Position numbers and translations under genes: made by a program. The notes under the pieces were generated by a model. It worked only from the letters and a program-made list of their open reading frames with translations. It was not told the DNA's origin and ran no database searches. Positions 53,590 to 64,000 of a stretch of 64,000 nt of DNA are shown in pieces. Position 1 is the stretch's first letter, and every line of letters begins with the position of its first letter. This stretch comes from Isurus oxyrinchus (lineage: Eukaryota): contig JANJGN010000016.1 of the NCBI GenBank assembly GCA_026770705.1, forward strand, positions 85,870,001 through 85,934,000, in the 5' to 3' direction.

Positions 53590-54700
53590 ATGTTACATTT
53601 CACAGTCCAGTCTGTGTACTCAGGTGCAACACACTTCACAATCCAGTCTGTGTACTCAGGTACATCACACTTCACAATACAGTCTGTGTACTCAGGTACA
53701 TCACACTTCACAATCCAGTCTGTGTACTCAGGTACATCACACTTCACAATCCAGTCTGTGTACTCTGGTACATCACACTTCACAATCCAGTCTGTGTACT
53801 CAGGTACAACACACTTCACAATCCAGTCTGCGTACTCAGGTACACCACATTTCACAGTCCAGTCTGTGTACTCAGGTACATCACACTTCACAATCCAATC
53901 TGTGTACTCAGGTACATCACACATCACATTCCAGTCTGTGTACACAGGTACATCACATTTCACAATCCAGTCTGTGTACTCAGGTACATCACACTTCACA
54001 ATACAGTCTGTGTACTCAGGTACATCACACTTCACAATCCAGTCTGTGTACTCAGGTACATCACACTTCACAATCCAGTCTGTGTACTCTGGTACATCAC
54101 ACTTCACAATCCAGTCTGTGTACTCAGGTACAACACACTTCACAATCCAGTCTGCGTACTCAGGTACACCACACTTCACAATCCAGTCTGTGTACTCATG
54201 TACACCACACTTCACAAGCTACTCTGTGCACTCAGGTACACCACACTTCACAAACCTGTCTGTGTACTCAGATACACCACAATTCACAATTGAGGCTGTG
54301 TACTCAGGTACATCACACATCACAATCCAGTCTGTGTACTCAGGTACATCACACTTCACAATTCAGTCTGTGTACTCAGGTACATCACACTTCACAATCC
54401 ACTGTGTGTACTCAGGTACATCACATTTCACAATCTAGTCTGTGTACTCAGGTACATCACACTTCAAAATCCAGTCTGTGTACTCAGGTACATCACATTT
54501 CACAATCCAGTCTGTGTACTCAGGTACATCACACTTCACAATCCAGTCTGTGTACTCAGGTACATCACACTTAACAATCCATTCTGTGTACTCTGGTACA
54601 TCACACTTAACAATCCAGTCTATGTACTCAGGTACATCACACTTAACAATCCAGTCTGTGTACACAGGTACGTCACATTTCACAATCCTGTCTGTATACT
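53590..54700. repeat. 36-bp minisatellite, ~31 copies
   Basis: CAATCCAGTCTGTGTACTCAGGTACATCACACTTCA repeated. Confidence 0.97.
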
Positions 54701-54761
54701 TGTAAATTCTATCATATTATGGTCACTCATCCGAACGGTTCTTTTATAACAAGACTATTCA

Positions 54762-57700
54762 CACAATCACAGAATCACACAGTGGGGAAGAGGCCCTTCA
54801 GCCCATCGAGTCTACACTGACATGTGAGAAACACCTGACCTTCCTACCTAATCCAATTTACCAGCACTTGGCCCATAGCCTTGAATGTTATCATGTTCCT
54901 AGTGCTCATCCAGGTACTTTTTAAATGATGTGAGGCAACCCGCCTGCACCACCCTCCCAGGCAATGCATTCCAGACTGTCACCACCCTCGGGGTAAAAAA
55001 TGTTCCCCTCACATCCCCCCTAAACCTCCTGCCCCTCACCTTGAACTTATATCCCCTCATAACTGACCCTTCAACTAAGGGGAACAGCTGCTCCCTATCC
55101 ACCCTGTCCATGCCCCTCATAATCTTGTACACCTCGATCAGGTCACCCCTCAGTCTTCTCTGCTCCAATGAAAACAACCCAAGCGTTTCCAACCTCTCTT
55201 CATATCTTAAATGTTTCGTCGCAGGCAACATCCTGGTCAATCTCCTCTGCGCCCCTTCCAGTGCAATCACATCCTTCCTATAATGTGGCGACCAGAACTG
55301 CACACAGTACTCCAGCTGTGGCCTCACCAAGGTTCTATACACTCCAACATGACTCCCAAATTTTGTAATCTATGCCTCGATTGATAAAGGCAAGTGTCCC
55401 ATATGTCTTTTTCACCACCCTACTAACATGCCCCTCCGCCTTCAGAAATCTATGGACACACACTCCAATGTCACTTTGTTCCTCAGAACTTCCAAGTCTC
55501 ATGCCTTTCATTGAATACTTCCTTGTCAAATTACACCTTCCAAAGTGTATCACCTCACACTTTTCAGGGTTAAGTTCCATCTGCCACTTATCTGCCCATT
55601 TGACCATCCTGTCTATATCTTCCTGTAGCCCAAGACTCTCAGCCTCACTGTTAACCACCCGGCCAATCTTTGTGTCATCCGCAAACTTACTAATCCTCCC
55701 CCCACATAGTCATCTATGTCGTTTATATAAACGACGAATAATAGGGGACTGAGCACAGATCCCTGTGGTACACCACTGGACACTGGCTTCCAGTCACTAA
55801 AGCATCCTTCTGTCATCACCCTGTGTCTCCTACCACTAAACCAATTTTGAATCCATCTTATCAAATTACCCTGTATCCCATGTCCATTTGCCTTCTTTAT
55901 AATTTTCCCATGTGGGAACTTGTCGAAGGCTTTGCTGAAATCCATATAAACTACATCAACTGCACTACCCTTATCTACACACCTGGTCACCTCCTCAAAA
56001 CATTCAATCAAATTTGTAAGGCATGACCCCCTCTGACAAAGCCATGCTGACTATCCCTGATCAAACCTTGCCTTTCCAAGTGGAGATAGATACTCTCCTT
56101 CAGAACTTTCTCCAATAGTTTCCCTACCACTGATGTGAGACTCACTGGCCTGTAATTCCCTGGCTTATCTCTACAACACTTCTTATACAGCGGAACCACA
56201 TTAGCTTTTCTCCAGTCCTCTGGCACCTCCCCCGTGGCCAGAGAGGAATTAAAAATTTGGGTCAGAGCCCTTCAGATCTTCTCCCTTACCTCCTTCAGCA
56301 GTCTGGAAGACAGATCGTCCGGACCTGGAGATTTGTCCACTTTTAAGCCTGCCAACATCTCCAATACCTTGTCACTCCATATATCAATTTATTTAAGAAC
56401 CTTGCAGTCTCTCTCCCCGAGTTCCATACCTTCATCCTCATTCTCTTGGTTGAAGACGGATGAGAAGTATTCATTCAACACTCTAGCGATGTCCGCTGGC
56501 TCCGCCCATAGATTGCCCCCTTGTTCCCTAATGGGCCCTACTCTTTCCCTGGTTATCCTCTTCCCATTGATATACATCTGGAATATCTTGGGATTTTCCC
56601 TACTTTTACCAGCCAGAGCTTTCTCATATCCCCTCTTTGCTCTCCTAATTGCTTTCTAAGCTCCACTCTGCACTGTCTGTACTCCACTAATGCCTCCACT
56701 GATTTGCTTCCCTTGTACCTGCTAAAAGCCTCTCTCTTCATTTTCATCGTATCCTGAATAACTCTGGTCATCCATGGTTCTCTGGGCTTGTTACTCCTTC
56801 CTATCACCCTAGAGGGAACATGTTGAGCCTATACCCTCCCCATTTCCTTTTTCAATACCCCCCACTGCTCCTCTGTAGATTTCCCCACAAGTAACTGTTC
56901 CCGGTCTACCTTGGCCAGATCCTGCCTTATTTTACTAAAATCCACTCTCCCCCAATCCAAAACATTTTTTTGCAACTTGCCTATTTCTTTGTTCATAACA
57001 AGCTTAAAGTGTACCATGTTGTGGTCAATATCACTAAAATGCTCCCCCACCGCCACCTCAGCCACCTGTCCGGCTTCATTCCCCAGAATTAGTCCAGCAC
57101 TGCGCCATCCCTTGTTGGACCCTCTACATATTGACCTAAAAAGTCCTCCTGTAAACATTTCAAAATATCCAATCCATCCAAGCACTTAACACTATGTCTA
57201 TCCCAATTAATGTTGGGAAAGTTGAAATCTCCTAATATAATTACCCTATTGTTATTGTTTTTACACACCTCCGCAAATTGTGCTCATATTTGCTCCTCAA
57301 TTTCCTGCTGACTATCTGTGGGTCTATAATAAACACCTAACAATGTGGCTGCCCCTTTTCCATTCCTAAGCTCCACCCACAAAGCTTCATTCGATGCCCC
57401 CTCCAAGATATCATCTCTCCTTACTGCAGTAACTGACTCCTTAACTAATAATGCAATGCCTCCTCCTCTTTCACCGCCTCCCCGACTCGCCTGAAGATTC
57501 TATATCCCAGAATGTTGAGCTGCCAATCCTGCCCCTCCCTCAGCCACGTTTCAGTGATGGCCAATATATCACAATTCCACGTGTCAATCCTCACCCTTAA
57601 CTCATCCGTTTTACGTGTAATACTCCTGGCATTAAAGTAGAGGCCATCCAGCCTTGCCTTACTCCCTTGAAACTTAATGCAGCTGTACTCCGTCTGACTT

Positions 57701-59050
57701 GATTGTTTTATTGTATTATGATGTGTCCCTATTCTGTTAACATTCTGTGTCCCCTCCCCCTGCCTAATTATTTTAAACACCTCCCAACAGCACTGGCAAA
57801 CCCGCCAGCAAGGATGTTAGTCCCGCTCTGGTTCAGATGTAGACTGATCCACTTGTACAGGTCCCACCTTCCCCAGAAACGGTCCCAGTGATCCAGGAAT
57901 CTAAAACCCTCCCTCCTGCACCAACTCTTAATCCACGTATTTATCTGCACTATTCTCCTATTTCTGTGCTCACTAGCATGTGGCACTGGGAGTAATCCAG
58001 AGATTACAACCCGAGAGGTCTTGCTTTTTAGTCTACTGCCTAACTCCCTGAAATATTGATGCAAGACCTCATCCTTCTTTCTACCTATGTCATTGGTACC
58101 AACATGTACCATGACCTCTGCCTTATCACCCTCCCCCTTCAGGATGCCCTGCAGCTGTTCAGTGACATCCCGGACCCTGGCACCAAGGAGGCAACACACC
58201 ATCCTGGAGTCACGTTGACAGCCGCAGTAGCGCCTACCTGTTCCCCTGACTATATAATCTTCTATTACTATTGCTCTTCCTCCCCTCTGGTACAGACAGG
58301 CTGCTTGTGGTGCCAGAAGCTTGGCTCTGTCTGCACTCTCTGGAGGAACCAGCATCCTCATCAGACTCCAAAATGTAATACCGATTTGTGAGCGGGACCG
58401 CAGGGGACTCCTGAACTACCTGCCTGTTTTGTTTGCACTGCCTTGTGGTCACCCATTCCTTTCCTTCCTCAAGTCACTTCAGCTGCAATGTGACCACCTC
58501 TCTAAATGTGCTATCCACGATGCTCTCAGACTTGCGGATGCTCCACAGTGTCTCCAGCTTCCGTTCCAGCTCTGAAATCTGAGCTTCCAGGAGCTGCAGC
58601 TGGACACACCTCCTGCACAAATGCTGGTCCCGGGCACTGGAAATGTTCCCAGCTTCACACATGGAGCACGAAGAGCACACCACGGCTTTGAGCTCTCCTG
58701 CCATGATTTATCCCTTTAAATTAAACATTGTAAATCAATTATTCTAGGGCCCTTCTTTCCTGATCCTCATTACTACAGAATATACAAACCATAAACCAAT
58801 CTTTGATTATAGTCCTTAAACTATAAGCAATAAAAGTAGTAAATACTTACCCGACCTTACCCACTACTTACCAGCCATTCCTTTCCCTTGTAGCCTCTAC
58901 TGCTGCAGCAGGGCAAGACCACTCTCTGAAGATTTAAGAAGTTGGATAGCAAAGAACAAAACACAAAGAGCACCTCTTCCCTTGTGCAACGAATTCCCAC
59001 TGTGCACCAAATTGCCAATACCCACACTCACTCTGACTGTGTCTCACTCA
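54762..59050 (-). mobile_element. Near-full-length, frameshifted CR1 LINE: 5'UTR, ORF1 (Cys-rich/coiled coil plus SGNH esterase, ~57770-58704), ORF2 (EN+RT, ~54899-57650), 3' tail
   Basis: MAGELKAVVCSSCSM..LCRRC; VHVGTNDIG; YFNARSI, ITETWL; NYRPVSLTS; MDFSKAFDK; GVPQGSVL; tail ATTCTGTGATTGTG. Confidence 0.95.
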
Positions 59051-59064
59051 GGGTAAGGTCTCTC

Positions 59065-60235
59065 TGCTGTTTGTGTGCAAGCATTATTAACTAGCAAATT
59101 AAAGGCACAGATAGAGGTAAATGCCTATGATTTAGTTGCCATTACAGAAATGTGGCTACAGGGTGACAAAGACTGGGAACTGAATATTCAATGATATTTG
59201 ACATTTAGGAAGGACAGGAGAAAGGAAAAGGTGTTAGTACTACGCTGATAATAAGGGACAGGATCAGGCATTAGTATGGGTGGATCTCAGATCAGAAGAA
59301 CAATGTGTGGAATCTGTTTGTGTGGGAGCTAAGAAACAGCAAGAGGCAGCAAAGATTGGTTGGAGCTGTTCATCAGCCACCAAACAGTATTGGTAATGTG
59401 GGGCATGATATTGATCAGGAGATTAGAGACATGTGTAGAATGGGTAATACAGTGATCATGGGTGATTTCAATTTGCATATAGACTGGGTAAGAGCAATGA
59501 GCACTGACACTGGGGAGGAGGAGTTTCTGGAGTGTGTTAGGGATGGTTTTCTAGAGCAGAATGTTGAGGAACGGACCAGAGGACAGGCTATTATAGATCG
59601 AGTATTCTGTAATTTACATTATGTTTGAAAGTGAGGCAGTTCAATCCGAAACCAGTGTGTTAAATTTCAACAAGGAAAATGATTTCTCCTTGGGTTTCTG
59701 TGAGGGGGAAAATTGCTTGATGTGGATTGGGAAATACATTGAAAGGTGCGACAGTACATTGGCAATGGATAGTCTTTAGTGAATTATTACTTAGTTTACT
59801 GCAATTATACATTCCTTCAAGGCACAAAAACCAAAAAAGAAAAATCAGTCAATGTGGCTAACAAAGGACATTAAGGATTGTTTAAGATTAAAAGTAAGGG
59901 CTTATAAAGTTGTCGAAAATATTAACAAACTTAAGGATTGGGAGCATTTTAGAAAACAGCAAAGGAGAGCCAAGAAACTGATAAAGGGAGAATAGAAAAT
60001 GAACGTAAACTCGCAAAAGACATAAAAACGGACTGTAAAAGCTTCTGTAGGTATGAAAAAGGAAATGTTTAGCTAAAATAAATGTGGGTCCATTACAGGC
60101 AGCTAAGAGAATTTATAATGGGGAATAGAGAAATGGCAGAGAAGCTAAATGATTACTTTGTGTCTGTCTTCACTGACAAAGATACAGGAAATCTCCCAGA
60201 GTTAGAGATCCAAGGGACCAGGGAGAATGAGAAGT
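59065..60235 (+). mobile_element. Decayed CR1 ORF2 5' half (endonuclease)
   Basis: YDLVAITEMWL, VIMGDFNLHIDW, EKLNDYFVSVFT. Confidence 0.9.
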
Positions 60236-60569
60236 TGTTTTTTTTATCTGCAGCCGCCATTTTGTTTCCAATCGGTTTCCTGTCGTGTCCAAATTCCCGG
60301 GGTTATGGAGGCAAAATTTGTGGTCATCGTATTCAATCAACTGATCTTATTTTACAGTTTTGAATACATCACTTGATCGGGTTTAGCTGATAGGAGGATT
60401 CACTGAACTGTTTCTGGGTAAACTTACCCCTGCCACTTCTCCTTGTGCGGTGATCGTCTCTTTGTGATTTTTTTCTCCTGTTCCAGTCGCCTCTCTCAGC
60501 AGCTGCTCTGTCACGTTTCAGTTTAAACCCTGAGGGTGTTTCCCATACTCTCCTCTCTCTCTCTCTCTC

Positions 60570-61900
60570 TCTCTCTCGAATATCTGAACCTGTTTATATC
60601 TCTTTGCAGTCTCTTTGTATCCTCCTCACAGCTTACTTTCCCAACTAACTATTTATTTTCAGTAGCCCTGTCTGTGTTACACTCAGACCCCTCGTCTAAA
60701 TCATTGCTCTCGATTGTAAATAGCAGAGACCCAATGATCCTGTCCTGTTAGTTCCAGTTCTCCATCCTGATAACAGGGACACAGGAACATCGGAACAGCA
60801 GTAGGCCATTCGGCCCTTCGAGCCTGCTTCGTCATTCAATACGAGAATGGCTAATCCGGTTATAGTCTCAGCTCCACTTTCCTGCCCCCCTTAAGCCTTG
60901 ACTTTGTTGCCTATAAAAATCTAACTCTGCCCTGAATCAATTCAAAAACCCTGGCTCCACTATTTTCTGGGGAAGAGAATTCCACACACCAACTACACTT
61001 TGGGATAAAGCTTTTCTTCACATCTCTGGCTTAAAAGGGAGACCCCTTATTTTTAAACTATGACCCCTAGTTCTAGTCTCCCCCAGATGAGGAAACATCC
61101 TCAGGGGATCCACTCTATCAAGTCCCCGCTGGATCTTATATGTTTCAATAAGATCCCCTCTTGCTCTTTGAAACTCCAGTGGATAAAGGCCTGACCTTTT
61201 GGAGCTTCCTTCATAAAACAACACATTCATCCAAGGAATGAGTCCAGTGGACCTTCTCTGAACTGCTCCTAAAGCAATTCTATCTTTATTTCAAACCTAT
61301 CTAATATGTTTGAATAGTGACTGGTTCATTCCCGCCGTGTTCTGTCCGTTAGCTTGTCCGGAATCCATGTTCATACATTCTCCCCAATCCCATGAACCCT
61401 AATCTTGTGTCACAACCTCCCGTGTGGAATCTTATCCAGTGTCTCCTGAAAATCCAAATATACCGAATCGATGGCTCCTCCGTATCGACCCTGCCAGTTA
61501 CACACTGAAAAATCTACAATCCTTCAGTCAGACATGATTCCCTTTCATAAATCCCTGTTGACCGAGTCTAATCAAGGCCGGGATTTTCCAAGTGTCCTGT
61601 TACCACATCCCCCATAAAAGATTCCAGTATTTTCCCTATTCCTGATGTCAGACTAACTGGTCTATAATTCCCTGTTTTCTCCCTCCCTCCTTTCTGGAAC
61701 ACTGGGGTTACATTCACTACCTTCCAATCCATGGGGAATGGTCTAGAATCTGGGGAATTCAGGAAGATGAAACCCATGCATCCACTCTCTCTGCAGCCAC
61801 ATCTATTAGACCCCGAGGATGTTGGGCACCAGGTCCAGGGGATTTATCACCTTTTACCCCATTAATCTTTCCAGAACTTATCATTACTAATGAAAAGTAC
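60570..61900 (-). mobile_element. Cluster of CR1 fragments, including a 3' end at ~60780
   Basis: RGDLIETYKIQRGLDRVD..TRGHSLKIRG; DWKVVNVTPVFQKGGREKTGNYRPVSLTS. Confidence 0.85.
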
Positions 61901-61907
61901 TGGAGCG

Positions 61908-62118
61908 TGGGGAGGGAGGTGAGGTGGATCTTCCTATTCCTCTATGGGGGAGGGGGTGAGGTGGATCTTCCTATTCCTCTATGGGGGAGGGAGGTGAGGT
62001 GGATCTTCCTATTCCTCTATGGGGGAGGGGGTGAGATGGATCTTCCTATTCCTCTATGGGGGAGGGGGTGAGTTGGATCTTCCTATTCCTCTATGGGGAA
62101 GGAGGTGAGGTGGATCTT
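61908..62118. repeat. 37-38-bp G-rich minisatellite, ~5 copies
   Basis: GGTGAGGTGGATCTTCCTATTCCTCTATGGGGGAGGG repeated. Confidence 0.9.
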
Positions 62119-62299
62119 GCTTCTGGAACCTGCAATGATAACATTGGGAGGGTTTGGGTACAGTCTGTGTGACCTCTACAGGAGGGTCTGTGTGATGAGA
62201 CCATATGGAGTTGGGAGTGAGGATGGGTTTGGGGGATTCGGGATTGGGAATATCTGTGTCTCTGTGAGGAAGCTGGAATGCTCACATACCTCCCGGTGA

Positions 62300-63345
62300 G
62301 ATGCCCCCTTGCTGCTCTCCCTGCATTCACTGTGTCTCCCACTGCCCTCCCGCTCACCACCAGCACTGCCTCCTCAAGGGGAGGGACCTCATACTGACGT
62401 GCCCCTCCTCCCCATGGTCAGGTCCTGCTCGAGCCTGTTCTGTGCTATCTCGTCCTGGAAGAGTCGGAGTGCTGACTGGGATTTCCATTCTTATCGATCT
62501 AATCACAGAGAATTATCTGCAATGGCTTCTCTTCCAGCTCCTGGTCTGTTCCCTCTGGTGTCTCTCAAGGATCTAATTGTGGCCGCCTCCGATTTCTCAT
62601 CTACTTATTGCCACACATCTGAAATCACAGCATCAGGTTCCACGTGTACACTGACAGCACCCAGCTCCATCTCACCACCATCTCTCTCAACCCCTCCACA
62701 GTCTCAAAATGATCAGACTCGTATCCGATATTCACTCCTGGATGAGCAGAAATATCCACCCACTGAATACCAGGAATTCCAAAGCCAATGCCTTCAGTCC
62801 ACGCCACAATCTCCATTTCCTAGCCACCAGTTCCATCCCTCTCCCTGTCTGCTCTGTGGCTGTTCACAAACTTGGTGTTATATTTGCCTCTGAGATGGGC
62901 TTCTAACCATGTAACTGTTTCATCACTAAGACCGTCTATTTCCACCTCCATAAAAACACCTGACTCTGGCTCAGCTCAGCTCATCTTCTATGGAAACCTT
63001 CATCAATGTCTGTGTAACCTCCAGACATGACTATTCGAACATACTCCTGACCCACATCCAACATCCTATCCTCCATACTCTCGATATCACCCAAAATCTG
63101 CTGCCTGTGTCTCCTTCGTCTATCACCCCTGCGCTCACTGACTCACACTGACTCTCAGTCAAGCACAGCCTTGAGTTTAAAATTCGCACCCTTGTTTAGA
63201 AATCCCTCCATGGCCTGTACCCTCCCCTGCCCCCGCCATCTCTGTAACATCCTCTAGCCCCACAACTCTCTGGGATATCTGTGTTGCTCTAATGCTGCCT
63301 CTTGAACTTCCCCCAGTCTATTTTCTCCATTATTAGCAATTGTGA
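62300..63345 (+). mobile_element. Old L2-type LINE RT remnant
   Basis: Decayed VSQGS, TKTVYFHL, TSRHDYSN and FKIRTLV*KSLHGL segments, similar to 48660-49380. Confidence 0.6.
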
Positions 63346-63525
63346 CACTGACCCATGACCTCCCATTCTCTGCACCCCGGAGTTACCCCAGATGATGTTC
63401 TGGGAGTTGTCAGGATAATAGTTGATTGTGACAGTGGACTCTAGAATTAGATACTATCCGGGGCTCTGTGCTAGATAGAGGGTCACTTAACCTGGGGGTT
63501 GAAGGTCAGAGAGCTCGTGTTGGAT

Positions 63526-64000
63526 ACTAAATACTATTCAGAGAACACGTATGGAAGAGATAATGTGTAAAGTAGCTGATGCTAAATACTATTCAGAGAT
63601 CACATGTAGAAGAGATCACGTGTAAAGTAGCTGATGCTATATATTATTCAGAGATCACGTGTAGAAGAGATCACGTGTAAACTAGCTGATGCAAAATACT
63701 ACTCAGAGATCACGTGTAGAACAGATCACGTGTAAAATATCAGATGCAAAATACTGTTCAGAGATCATGTGTGGAAGAGATCACGTCTAAACTAGCTGAA
63801 GTGAAATAGTATTCGGAGATCACGTGTAAAGTAGCTGATGCTAAATACTATTCAGTGATCATGTGTAGAAGAGATCATGTGTAAACTAGCTGATGCTAAA
63901 TATTATTCAGAGATCACGTGTAGAAGAGATCACGTGTAAAGTAGCTGATGCTAAATACTATTCAGCGATCACGTTTAGAAGAGATCACGTGTAAAGTAGC
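63526..64000. repeat. 55-bp minisatellite with internal 16-bp subrepeat, running off the window end
   Basis: GAGATCACGTGTAGAAGAGATCACGTGTAAAGTAGCTGATGCTAAATACTATTCA repeated. Confidence 0.93.

Noticed and set aside
53577-54705. Cys/His-periodic ORFs that look like zinc-finger or repeat proteins (also 39381-39719 and 46075-46605)
   Set aside because: They are translations of minisatellites, open on both strands and in several frames.

Overview
Eukaryotic, cartilaginous-fish-like (shark) genomic DNA. The one clear gene is a compact, unrearranged immunoglobulin light-chain cluster of the kappa class (shark type III/NS4-like) on the minus strand. Its order is promoter (44750-44850), leader exon (44644-44692), V exon (44163-44457), 12-RSS, 23-RSS, J (43166-43200) and C exon (39861-40189). 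Reading frames, splice sites and RSSs are intact, but V has an atypical DYSC motif and a short FR1, and the octamer has one mismatch. About 1.9 kb downstream of C lies a 36.6-kb satellite (1335-37935) built on a ~24-bp GGCATCACCCA unit. It is extremely G-rich on the Ig sense strand, shows multi-kb higher-order duplications and contains one inverted stretch of ~56 bp. Between C and the satellite is a dense motif cluster (Pbx/Prep decamer, two CCAAT boxes, E-boxes, perfect kappaB site). The Ig cassette is bracketed by two oppositely oriented CR1 fragments sharing a 91-bp, 90/91-identical patch. The remainder is CR1/L2 LINE debris, one near-full-length decayed CR1, a SINE, many minisatellites and a 150-N gap. 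Nearly all other ORFs in the track are repeat artefacts. Repeat boundaries are approximate.
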